From contig CALSCP010002358.1 in assembly GCA_943704425.1 (NCBI GenBank), positions 42,797-84,792 on the forward strand: DNA of 41,996 nt, read 5' to 3'. The position numbers were made by a program, and so were the translations under genes. This document shows, piece by piece, positions 18,136-30,200 of this stretch (within the stretch, counting starts at the first letter, position 1; each line of letters starts with the position of its first letter). The DNA is from Ministeria vibrans ATCC 50519. Its lineage: Eukaryota; Protista; Filasterea. A model generated the notes under the pieces. That model had not been told where the DNA came from and made no database searches. It saw only the letters and a list, made by a program, of their open reading frames with translations.

Positions 18136-18791
18136 TTAGAGCGTAACCAGCTTGGTACGCAGAAGCGTGCACCCTTCAGTAGTCGATCCCACAGCCAGTG
18201 AGCTTCCGCTGCCGTCATGCACCAAATGATTATTTTCCTGGACATTCATCCTAATGATATACTTGCCCGCACTTGTAATGTACGACTCACGTGACGACCC
18301 AGTTGTGTACGTATCAAGGTGACAAAAGTACGCGTTCGTGGCAAGCTACCAAGCAAGTAGTGCAGAAGGTGTTATAAAAGCTCATACGGAATCTGCCTGA
18401 ATACTATCTGATGAATCTGATCATGGGTACCTGGAGGCAAGCACCGCGCTCGTAGTGCGATTCGGCAGCATCAGGGAGACTGTTGTAGTCGGGCGGGCAA
18501 CAGTCTTCCGCTTCGAACACAGCTCCTACACAATACGCTTCGAGCTAAATTGTACAAGTCAAATAAAAAAGTAATTATTGGTGTTACAATATACGAAGAG
18601 TCAACCCGTACCTGCCGTCGAAAACCCGCAGCATTCACAAGGGCTGGCAGAATGCACAGAAAAAACACCAAAGCACCCTTCACTACAACAAACGACAACA
18701 GAACACGGTGAGAATTGTCAATTTGTCATCTCCGTAATCGTGTGCTGTTGGCCTATAAGGCAAATATGTGTGTGAAGTGGCGATATTCACT
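18136..18791 (-). CDS. Small secreted protein of unknown family (paralog B), ~131 aa, not in the ORF track as a unit
   Basis: Exons 18612-18682, 18431-18544 and 18136-18345 splice in frame through GT-AG introns: (M)KGALVFFLCILPALVNAAGFRRQ|LEAYCVG...YERGACLQ|LATNAYFCHLD...CTLLRTKLVTL*. The ATG is probably split A|TG by intron 18683-18790. Confidence 0.7.
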
Positions 18792-20106
18792 CTTCTTTCA
18801 CACGTTTCACTCAATAATTCAGTGAGTGATAACGGTTCAAACGAAGTTCAAACACAAATTTTCTCTGCTCCACAGCCATAAAGGAGTAATATCTTGCGGA
18901 ATATATCCGATCTGGCATTCTGCTGAAAGTGCTGATTACTATATGCAACACGGCATGTGATGGCGCGCAGAAGGCACGCACTAATGAAAGTGTCAAAAAG
19001 TAATAAAAAAAACCGCTAAAAAGGACCTGAAAATCACGAAAGCATGTGAACGATAACGTTCCGATAACGCCCGCCACGCAAAATCACCGCCCCCGGTCAC
19101 CGCGCCGTTTGCACCAGTGGCAATAAAGACATCAATAATGGCATCACACGCCACGTATACACCACTTTCGCACAATGGCACGAGGTGATGCGTTCATGAT
19201 GCGCTGAAGATGCGTCTGGATACATATTACAAATTCTCACAAAACGCCCCATTTCACAACCCAACACACGCGTAGTCGCGTACACAACCCCTGCATGCAC
19301 CCCGTAGCGGTGGAAAACTGGAAATAGTAACTTACTATAAAATGTAGAGAAAAAAAGTGAAGAAAAGAAAAGGTTTAAAGGAATTAGAAGATAAAAGACT
19401 AAGTATAAATTGACATCATAGTCCCAAGTGTCCAGGAACTCAGCCCCAAACTCACGGCCCAGCGCGAGACACGTCAAACTTCGCCACCAAGGCCAAATAT
19501 CGTCTTGTGCGCTGCATGTCACGTGGGACACCACCAGCTGCTATGTTTGGCCAGACTTGATAGCCTGGCATGAGATCGCAGTTGAGGTTATTTATTACTC
19601 CGTAATGATCCAGGGGTATTCTCATTTTGAACTGATTTACACTTGACTGGAGGAGTTCCTCGCTATCAAATCCAACATCACTTACACGAGGCGGTCACCA
19701 GGAAGTCACCAGCACCACTGCACAGTCTGTCTGCACCAGTATGGGCGCGGTATATCTGTGCCCCTCCCGCTGTGGTCGAGTCTGTGCTCACGTACGTCCG
19801 CCCCACTGACCGAGCACTGTACCCATGTGGTCTCCATGACTGTCCATGAGTGGTTGCGTCGTCTTCCCAAAGCGCATCGATCCGCGCGCTGTCGTTACTT
19901 GTACTGTGGTCTGTGGTCCCCGTGTCTTTGTACATTTCTATCTCGGTACCCCGTGGGTGTAACGTCTATTAGTGAGCAGATGGACTTTCTTTCATCTTCA
20001 TTCATCAGAATAAAAAATAAATTAATATAGGAATTTATCTTCATTTTTTTGGATGACTACCTAGCTAGCTAGGTAGGGGGGCTAAAGTAGGGCAAAAGTT
20101 TCATTT

Positions 20107-21291
20107 TTAAAGCACCAAATGTGCAACAACAACGCCAAGGGAACTGACCAATGCAGCGCCTCCAATGAGTTTCTCTCGCACGCTGTTTGCTTGCAGCCGC
20201 AGGAAACAGACGATGAGCACGATAAAGGTGACGAGCAACAGAACACCCACTGCGTCGGCGAGTTCAAACACATCTGCGAAGGCACACACCATCGAGGCAG
20301 CAACGGACATGAGAACGTAGATGATGCTGAGAAGCCGTTGACGCTCGACGGGTTTTGGATGCGGTCTGTTTGTAAGGCCAAGAAACATGCTCAGCGAGAT
20401 GCGGGATACGAATGCAAAGATGGTCAGACACGTGTTTGTCACGGACACAAACGACACGAATTGCAGAGTCGCTGCAGTACCAAAGGGGAATCCGACCAGT
20501 TCAAGTGCATGCCCGAGCGGGCTCACCGACTTGCTTGACATGGCAGCGACGCCCACCAGGCGAATCGCCGCCCAAGACACCGACGTGTAGAGAACCCCCG
20601 TGATGAATGCAGCCGCCGTAAAAACGCGCGGAAAGAGGTCATGGGCACCTGGCACGTCGTTTACCAAATCGAGTAGGCCCTGAACGCCGCCAAAGGCGAA
20701 GATAATTTCAGATATCGCCTTCATCCACACGTGCCCTGCCGCCGGCGGCGGGGGTGAATCGGAGCTGGAGGCGATGGGATAGCCGAGCACGGAATGGTAA
20801 CAAACACTCAGGCACACAATAAGGACGAGACCACCCACTTCAATGAGGGTGCCTATGTTGCCAAGGTCAATCATCCCGTCGAGACCTCTTGTCAACAATG
20901 CGGACACAAGCATTAGGGCGCAGAAAATAAGAACGGGAGACTCAGCGAATTCCCAGCCCGTCCAGCTCAGGAGGAACCGGACACTTAGACTTGCCGTGAC
21001 ACACAGGGCCATGCCACCTTCAACGAGGCGAAGGAGCTCAAATGCCACAGCGACGCGCTTGCCGCAAGCTCGTGTGACGTAACTCATTACGTTATCCCTC
21101 GGGCCCAAGGCAGATGCAATGCAGCCGAACACATAGGCGTTCAACACCATAAGAACTGATGCAAGTGCGAAGGCTGTCGTGGCGTGTTCCTGGAGCTTCC
21201 TCACAAGATCCCCAATGGTGGCGTAGATGCCGGCTCCGACCATAAGGCCAATGCCATTGATCAGGAATCGAATGAGAGGACCTACAGGCAT
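20107..21291 (-). CDS. APC-superfamily amino-acid permease, single long exon
   Basis: TM1 motif GIGLMVGAGIY, TM6 motif IFAFGG, ~11-12 hydrophobic segments. Confidence 0.85.
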   Translation of the reverse strand: MPVGPLIRFLINGIGLMVGAGIYATIGDLVRKLQEHATTAFALASVLMVLNAYVFGCIASALGPRDNVMSYVTRACGKRVAVAFELLRLVEGGMALCVTASLSVRFLLSWTGWEFAESPVLIFCALMLVSALLTRGLDGMIDLGNIGTLIEVGGLVLIVCLSVCYHSVLGYPIASSSDSPPPPAAGHVWMKAISEIIFAFGGVQGLLDLVNDVPGAHDLFPRVFTAAAFITGVLYTSVSWAAIRLVGVAAMSSKSVSPLGHALELVGFPFGTAATLQFVSFVSVTNTCLTIFAFVSRISLSMFLGLTNRPHPKPVERQRLLSIIYVLMSVAASMVCAFADVFELADAVGVLLLVTFIVLIVCFLRLQANSVREKLIGGAALVSSLGVVVAHLVL

Positions 21292-22470
21292 GATCTTCAA
21301 AGAACTGAATCACGAGTTAATTAATGTTAATCGAGGCGGGACAGAGTTTAAATAATCGACCAGTGTCACAAAAGGAAAACCCGGAACCCCATCAAAGTGG
21401 CAGAACCACATACACTATAGTCTCTGTATTTCAACGAAAACGTTGTGCTAACATCCATTAATTTTTCAATAATATTCGTACTAATAATTATTATTCTTAT
21501 TAAAAATAATAATAATAATAATAAAAAATTAATAATAACAATAATAATTAATAATATAAATTCGACCAGTGATAACTTAATAAATAGTTTCCGTCTTATA
21601 ATTATGAATCTGAAGATGCCTGGTCGACGTCGACCAAACAAACAACAGTCGCGATAATATTTTAAAACTCAAAGACGCAAAATACAAAAACATAACAATC
21701 ATACTAATAATATTATGTGTCTCCTAGATACACCCAAAGTTGCAGGCGCCGACTAATGGGACGAACATTAATAAAATATTTCGCGCGACAAAAATATCAC
21801 CCTCAAAACTTTAGGGCGCAACCAGCGCTGGTCGCAGCCACGCAGCGAACACCAATACAATAGCAATAGCACCAAACACCCCACACCAATCCTTACAAGC
21901 TAAAACTCGTACTATATTTCGTGAATTGCAGGCAGAGCGGGTCCCTTAGGTGATGAACCACAAAAAACAAAAAAATAACAACAACAAAAGCAATCGAATG
22001 ACTCTAACTTAAAATTACCGCCCTCCTTCACCATACATCCTTCGCCAACACACTGAACACTTATTCCTTCCATTTATCTTTTAAGGGAAATACAAGGCGA
22101 AACGCCCCGCATCGCTAGAATTCGATATAATATTATAATTATAATTATTCGTCTGAGTTTCGACCAGATTCTTCGCCCAGAAAAACATTATGTGGCGGAA
22201 ACGAAAAAAAAAAGCATAACTCCGCACAATCAAACGCTACGCTGTACATTGATAACATCCCATACAATTTACACGTAGTCACGTACTGTTTAGCTTTGTG
22301 ATTTTTCGAGAAGAGCGCACACTGAAGAAATATTGTGAATAAAATTTAAATCAGATATTTTTATAATAATAATAATTATTTTAATTATTAATAATTTTTA
22401 CGTCTTTTTTATTCTAAAATAGTAATAATATTTTTTTTTGGCTTTGCCGAATACTCTCTATTCTCCAATC

Positions 22471-22537
<67 letters not shown>

Positions 22538-22677
22538 TAATTTATATTAATTTTCTTAATAAAATAACATCACTAAATTGACTCGCTTTCATCTTGTTCT
22601 CCAATATAATATACCAACACACTTTTCAGTCAGCGATGTGGTGGGAATGCTTTGCTGATTGAGTTTAACAGCTTTCG

Positions 22678-23753
22678 TCATACACAGTCACAAAAGTGAT
22701 TGTACGCACAATGATCGGCACAACGCTTTCCTTTGGGGCAGCAGTGCATGGACGAGGGACAGGCAACGGCATCGGCAAAGGGGCAGCAGCCAACGCCTGT
22801 GTTGGAGTACGAGCATGGCGCGCAGCTGTAGCCTGAGGACGGGCAGGCGCCTACTTGAGCCCCTGTAGCATCCAGGCAGGGGATTGCACTGGAAGGGGCT
22901 GCATCGCGTTGGCGAACCGCCGTCGGGGTGGTGGGACTAATGCTTTTGAGGAAAGGCGCGACGTAGCTCGAGAGGTATTCGTATCCTTCAGGCGTGTAGT
23001 GTGGCGACGGCTTCTCTTTGGTGTTGAGCGAAATCGAGCAATTGTAGTAGGGTGGTGGACCGCACTTGGCAACCACTGCGGTGTACAGGTCCAGCACGGG
23101 GAGTGCAACAGTCTCGTTTTGCCACACATGTCGAGCGGCGTCGTTGTAGCGCACTAAGTGAGCGTTGGCCGTCATGTTGCCGGGCAGAGGAGTAGACAGA
23201 ACGAACCCAATGCCGTACGCGAGCGTGTCAAGAAGACGTTGTTTCAGGACACGCAGATTGGCCGTGTATTGGTCGAGGGGCACGTACTGCTCGGGTGCAA
23301 GTCCGTCGTAGTCGACGTCGTGGATACCCGAGTTGAGGGTGATCGAGTCGTAGTGCGTTGCCTGCTGCATGTTCGTGAGGGTGAGCCACAGCGGGGTGCA
23401 TTCCACTTGGTAGTTGGTGTCCTGTGCACCGCCGTCGCTGGAATAGGGACCGTGTTGGACCTGTGGGAATGTGAAATGTGACCCTCATAAACAGTTTGTG
23501 GTCTCTTTCGTTTCTTAATTGTTGGCATTTCGATGCGTACCTGAAACTGCGGGAGTCTCTTAACAACGTACGGGGTGTAGCCCAGCGATATGGAGTCGCC
23601 AATGATGAGGGAGTTGATCAGGCCTGCCTTGGGGCGGTTGGGCGGAGCCGGACGACACACTTTGACTGCACGCTCCGCCATCGCCATGGGCGCGACTGCC
23701 AGCAGGGCCATCCACAGCAGCAACAGCAGCAGTGTTGATGGTGCCTTTTTCAT
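22678..23753 (-). CDS. Secreted SGNH/GDSL hydrolase with C-terminal granulin-like Cys domain (intron 23461-23540)
   Basis: Signal peptide; block I IIGDSIS, block III LNSGIHD, block V SPHYTPEGY; C-terminal GCCPFADAVACPSSMHCCPKGKRC granulin pattern. Confidence 0.85.
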
Positions 23754-23816
23754 TCAATAAAGATAAAAATGGGAGTGACGTAGTGAGTTGTAACTCAGTT
23801 GTTTGTTGAGTTGAAA

Positions 23817-24100
23817 CTTGAATCAATTCTCAGCTTATCTCTTTCTTTCTCCTCTCTTTCATTCACGTCTGAGTGACGTCTCGCTCAGTTACTCAGTGCT
23901 CGCCAATACAGTTGTTAGTTTTTATGATTACATGCTTAGTGTGTCTTTGTGGTGTCTTTGCGTTGTGTGTGTGAGTGTGTGTGCGTGTGTGTGTGTGTCA
24001 TTGTGGTGTCATTGTGGTGTGTGTCATTGTGGTGTCATTGTGGTGTCATTGTGGTGTCAAGGGGGTTTCTTTGTGGTGTGATTGTGGTGTGATTGTGGTG
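23817..24100. repeat. Dispersed direct repeat copy 2 plus (GTCATTGTGGT)n satellite
   Basis: Matches 17511-17712; 11-mer tandem units at ~23997-24060. Confidence 0.9.
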
Positions 24101-24113
24101 TGTGTGTCGTGTG

Positions 24114-24569
24114 TCAACAATGCACACTAATGACACTCTCCTCAAAAACTCCAGCCGCTCGCACCTTCTCGGCATGCCGTGCGGCTTCCATCCTCTCAAT
24201 GTCGCCCTGAGACATGATCACCGAGTCGGAGCTGAGCGCAGCCGCAATGAATTCTTCCGCGTCTGGCACACCCTCCACAGACGCCACGACAGCCGCGACA
24301 AAGCGATCCTCCTCCTGCACTCTTCGTGCCGCAGCCGCCTCCCGCTGCCGCTCGTTCTCTTCCGCGGCGCGTGCGGCGATCGGATTGGCGTATTCGCGCG
24401 TGGCCTGACGTCCACCCGCCTGGAAATGCTGGAAGCGCTTCACTGAGTCGCTACGCAGCACAGCACGACAAAATGAGTCGATTTTCGGCAGAAGCGGAGA
24501 TGCAACAATGATAGAAGTGCAATGGAGAGCAAGCGAGGCTCGATGAAGGACGAACGGGAGACGGTTCAC
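24114..24569 (-). other. Unassigned open frame (Ala/Glu/Arg-rich, coiled-coil-like), possible gene or mobile-element remnant
   Basis: 151-codon GC-rich ORF with protein-like composition, abutting repeat copy 2; no recognisable motif. Confidence 0.3.
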
Positions 24570-24781
24570 ATCAACGACATTTCAGTAGTCTCACTATTTA
24601 CTTAGACTTCTCATGGGATTTTCGATTAAGGCACAGCGCAACCGCAAAGACAAGTGCAACACATGCACTCAAGGATGCAACTGTGGTCGTGGCAATTGTG
24701 ATCATGATGAAAAGAACTGTCAACCGTGAAAGATAAAAGTGAAATTCTTAAACAATAATATTTACACTCTCTCTTACTGTC

Positions 24782-25346
24782 ATGTCCGGCAAGCACGTCG
24801 CCTTTCCCACGCTGAGCGGCAGTGGCTTTAAGATTGCCATTATCCACACCCGTTGGAATGAACGGATCGTCGATGCGCTTGTTGCCGGGGCGAAACGAGC
24901 GCTTCAAGCGTGCAACGTTGCGGCGGTCGACTCGGTCGCGGTCCCCGGCGCGTACGAGCTGCCCTTTGCCGCGCAAAGGTATGCAGGCAGCGGCAAGTAC
25001 GCTGCTGTCATCTGTATTGGCGTTCTCATCAAGGTAGAGAGGGTCTGTCTCTGTGTGTGTGTGTGTGTGTGTGTGTGGAAGGGAGGAGAGCTGATGGGTC
25101 GTGTTATCGGTGTGTTCTCTCTAGGGTGAAACGATGCACTTTGAGTACATCGCACAGGCTGTGAGCGAAGGTCTCATGAGCACGGGTCTCAAGACCGGCA
25201 CGCCGGTGATCTTTGGGGTGCTTACATGCCTGAGCATTGAGCAGGCAGAGGCGCGAGCGGGGCTGACCGAGGGAGGACACAATCACGGCGAAGATTGGGG
25301 ACACACAGCGGTGGAGATGGGCTTGCTGAAGACACGCAAAGTATAG
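24782..25346 (+). CDS. RIB4: 6,7-dimethyl-8-ribityllumazine synthase (intron 25034-25124)
   Basis: [24 protein letters not shown]|[31 protein letters not shown]. Confidence 0.96.
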
Positions 25347-25418
25347 GTGTCGCAGGGACAAAGAGGGACTGTACTCACTGTAGAGAACATTGCAATTGTG
25401 TACATTTCAAAGGCGTTT

Positions 25419-26202
25419 TTACAGAAGAGGATGCGATTGGCACTTGTGTTGCTGTCGGCTGAGCCAGAGCAACTCGAGTCGTCGCGCATAAAGCGCGACA
25501 AGAGAGTCACCGCGTTCGGTAATGGGTTGGGTGAGCACAGTGAACATGCCAATGCGATGGCCCTGCACCACGTCCGTCAACACGCGATCGCCCACCATCA
25601 CCAATGTTGAGCCGTGTTTCTTTGCAAAGTGATCCAGAATTTCCTTGCCACACTCGGGTTTCTTGTGCGCGTGACGTAGGACCGGAATGCCCCAAAGAGT
25701 CGACAGTGCGTCGGCCTACGAGAAGAGCAAAGTATTAGTTCGACTGGTCGTGCTGATCTTTGTTTATACCTCTTTGCCCTGCAAGTCGTCTGCGGATCCC
25801 GCTGAGTTGGACACAACGAGCACACTTTCAGGGCCAAACACTTCAATGCAAGCCATCCAGCCGGCCTAAACAGACAATGTAGAACGTCTGAGGAGAATGA
25901 CTTAAGACTGAGACTGATTAATTCGTATTACTTTGGCCGACGAGTGAATTTGTGACGCGTATGGTTCGGAAAGACAGTTGTCTTTGTCGAAGCACACGCC
26001 TGTGGCTCCCTTGGCCTTGAGGGCAGCAAAGTCAATGGCGGAGACGTCTATGTTTCGAGTGGAGAGGAGAAAGTGCTGAGATATGATCTTCACATTTTGA
26101 TTGTGTACTTTTCACTCGCAAATGCGGAATGGCCAGGTGAGGTTGTCTCAAGGCAACGCTTAGCGCTGATCGTATACCAGGAAAGTTCCACCATTGAGGC
26201 AT
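25419..26202 (-). CDS. GEP4: Gep4/YqeG-like HAD phosphatidylglycerophosphatase, multi-exon
   Basis: HAD motif I CFDKDNCL, SNSAGS.DD, HKKP, MVGDRVLTDV; probable first exon MPQWWNFP from 26202. Confidence 0.8.
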
Positions 26203-26354
26203 GGCCTACAAAGAATTAAGAAAGAAAGTAAATGAAAAATTGGATGATCAGTCATCAGTTACTCTTTTCTTTGTCTTTTCGTTGTCTGACCGATTCCATT
26301 TAGTTGGAGCGTCTTTGAATACGACTATATAGTGTACACCGCGACGCATTGACC

Positions 26355-27157
26355 ATGGTACGCACCACACACAACATCCGCCACACCACCACCATCATCT
26401 CTCGCTCTGTGCCGCTCCCCGCCCGACACGCCCTCTCGTGTACCTCTCCCGCCTTCCCTGACACACACACCCGTCACACACCCGTGGTACTTGCAGGCAA
26501 AGACGCGAATGGACGTGGATTTGCCCGAGACGATTCCGCCGCTGCTCCTCGACCAGCACATCGACTATCTGGCCAACTACAACCAGAACAAGTACGAGTA
26601 CACCATGACCGAGCATCTGAGAATCAGTGGTAAGGCTGCGGGCGACGGGAAGAGCCCGTGCGGCAAACCTAACGTATTGTGTTTTGCGTAGGAATCTATT
26701 GGGGACTGACTGCCGTCGCACTGTGTCGCTCACTGGACCGGATGGACCGTGATTCGATAGTGACCCTGGTCAAGTCATGCCAGCGACCCAACGGAGGCTT
26801 CTCGGCGAGCACGGGCCACGACGCTCACATGCTGTACACACTGAGTGCCGTGCAAGTGTGTCTGTTGCTTGACTGTCTCGACGAAATTGATGTGGACGGA
26901 GTGGTCTCATTTGTGGCGGCTCAGCAGAAGGAAGACGGGTCGTTTACGGGTGATGAGTGGGGCGAAGTAGACAGTCGCTTTAGTTTCTGTGCACTCGCCT
27001 GTCTGTCTCTGTTGCACCGACTCAACGCAGTAAGAACAGCCGCGGAGAGAGAAAGAGTGTTTGAGAGTTTGAGAGAGAGAGAGAGTTTGAGAGAGAGAGA
27101 GAGTTTGATTGATTGAGAGAGAGAGAGAGAGTTTGAGAAAGTTTGAGAGAGAGAAAA

Positions 27158-27253
<96 letters not shown>

Positions 27254-30200
27254 NNNNNNNNNNGGCGGTACGAGAAGGAGTGCTGGTCAAGATGCTCTAG
27301 GGTGAATCCAAGTAGCGGCTGCGAGACAGGGCCTGGAGGCGGCGTATGAGTTTTACAGGGAGTGACAGCGGCGTCAGTAGAGTAGGTTGCTGCCTGCTCG
27401 TTTTTCCCATTTTACCTTTTTCTTTCTTTCTTTCCTTTCTTTCCCTTTCTTGAGCGTCCTTTACCGCCTCCTTCGTCGTCTTCTTCAGCCTCTTTCGCAG
27501 ACCCCTCGGGCACAGCTGTTGCGCAATATTTGTATATATTTTCGCCATATGTATATTTCACAACTTCCTAATATTATTTGTGTTTTTCGTCTAATATGTA
27601 TTCAGAATACTGTATTCTATCAGAATATTGAACATCACGCGAAATATTGCCTAAACACAATAAAATAAACAGCTTATTGTCACCTTTTTTGTCTCAATTT
27701 TTTCACGATTTTCCCAAAACATTCCTCCTAAATTTACTAAATAAACCCCAAAGTGTACACACCACAAACCAATTCTCTAAATAAAACTCAAATCCAAGAA
27801 AGAACAACATTTATTGCGGAACGTGTTGCTTCGTATACTCGTAAACACAGAGACTTGCCGTCACATGGACATTGAGAGACCGAACCAGACCATACTGAGG
27901 AATCTACATATTCGCGAAACATTAAACACAATATAACACAATAGTCACTGCTAACCTCCACACAGTCTTGACACTCTTGCAGCAACGGCGCAGGCAGCCC
28001 TCGACTTTCACTGCCCACGATAATCGCAGTCTTACGCGGAAACTGATACTCTACAAACCACAGCATCACATACACTTGCCCATCACCAACCACCACAAAC
28101 CATATTATACCTTGCAATGTCACCGAGTTGGCCGTCTGCTCCACGCCCAACACAGTGTATCCCTGTGCCCTACAAAACCAGTACAATCAATGATCAACGG
28201 TGCTACTCGCAATCACGTTTGTCAAAAAAACAAAAAAAAAAAAACAAGGGGTACCTGAGCTCCGCAAAGTAGGCGGGCAAGCGGGCCTCGGGCACAGAGG
28301 CAATGCGCAACCATCGCTCGCTACTCATGGACGTGGTGCGAAAGTCAGCGCTGTGGGCCACGCGCGCGTCTGACACGACCAGCGTGTGGACACCAAACAC
28401 TTCGCCCGTGCGTGACATCCCACCCAGGTTCACTGCCTTGTCGACAAGCGTAGCAATTACAATCAGATCGCTGTGTGTACGCTGTGTCAGTCGTTCGCTT
28501 TCTGCGGCCGCCCCCAGAACAGTGTCGGCGGCAGCAATGGCATCCCACGACAACAGCATGGGCTTCACCTGCACATCTCCCATCTCGTCTGACACAGTCA
28601 CCGCAACAGCGCTGCCCTCATCATCAATAGCATCATCAGCATCTTCATCCAACCTCTTCTCTTGCGATCGCTTCGCATTAAACGTCACCTGCAGCTCCGC
28701 TAGTGTCTGTCGCACACTCGGCCCTCCTGCTACTTCCAACGGATCCGGAACCGGCTCCCCATCCGCGGCGCCTGCCTCGACGTAGTACGGGCCGTGCTGG
28801 GCACGCATCTGCTCAAAGACACTCAACGGAATCGCATCCACCAGCCCGCCAGCGTCTTCCATTGAGTGCTCCACGACGCGCACCACATAGTCGAGCGTAA
28901 ACAGACCCGCGTCAAGTGCACCCACTGAGTAGACGCGCTCAAGGCGTTCCTGTGTACGTGCAAACTCACGGTCTGCATTGAGTCGTTCCACAATCACATT
29001 CACTGTGCGATCGTGCGATGGCACACCTAGCTCGGCCAGACGCGTATGAAATGCCGTCACAATCATCTGAGCAAAGACACGCACACCAAACTGGTTGGAC
29101 GACACGAGCATGTGAAAGAGGTCCAACATCTCACGACAAAAGTCCGCTTCCTCCTCAACACGCGACTCGCGTCGCAACGCACGCTGAACCGCACGCGCAA
29201 CCGTCACGGCAGACAGAAGAAACGACGGCGTTGCTTGCGCATCAAGCACCCGATCAAACACCAACGGACGCAGCTCGGCAAAGGCAAAGACGGCGCGCGC
29301 CAGAATCCACTGAGCCATGTACGAGACGGCATTATCATGGTCCCGCTCGTACACACCCAGAGCACTCGCCACAAGCGTCCGTGCAAATTCAAGCTCATCA
29401 GCACGCGTCTCGGTCGTCACACGACCCAGGCGCCCGCTGAGCATCACAATAGCCACCCACAGACGCGTCGCACTCATGTGCTGCGGTGCAAAACCTCGAA
29501 TGCCATGAAACATCATCTCACGTGCTTGTCGTGCAAACTCTTCCACAAGCACCGTCGCCACACTCACCGGCTGTGACACACGCAGCAGCAAATCATACAC
29601 AGGAACGCGCACCAGCGCATCGCCAAGCCGCACAGTGTCCAGTCCGCCCGTCACCTGAAACTCCACCACCGTTTGCCGTCGTGACGGTCCAAACGACGCG
29701 AGACGCGCCAACAAGTTACCATGACGGCTCACCACCTCTGCGTCCGTCTGGGGTGCTCTCAAATACGCACACACTCGCGTAGAGACCTTGAAAAATGCAA
29801 AGGAATAGAATAATAATTATTAATAATGATGACGTTATAATAATAATAATGACTGTACTAATAATAATAATAAAAATGTATTGCTTTACCTCGGACGAAA
29901 TCATGAGCTTGCGCTCACCTACATCGACAAGAAAAGTGGCTGTGTTGTAGATGGTTAAAGCCAGGTGAGCGCACCACTCGTTGCGAGTGTACACCGTGTC
30001 GTCCATGTGCTCAATGTCCTCAAAGAGCCGCTCCTCTTGACTGCACTCGACGGTGTCGTCAACATTGTTAGAGCGGTGCTTACGCCTGGGCTTTGCTAGA
30101 GCGGAAATCATGGCAAACGTCTCGACGGGTTTGCGCCGTTGAAGCGCTTGCGTCGCTCCCTCAGGCGATGCTCTGTTCACAAAGGCCAGCAGGCGTGCGT

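Noticed and set aside
17131-22032. 12-bp inverted match TGGTGAAGGAGG (~17131 and ~22021) as possible terminal inverted repeats
   Set aside because: Too short, does not extend, and no target-site duplication or transposase.
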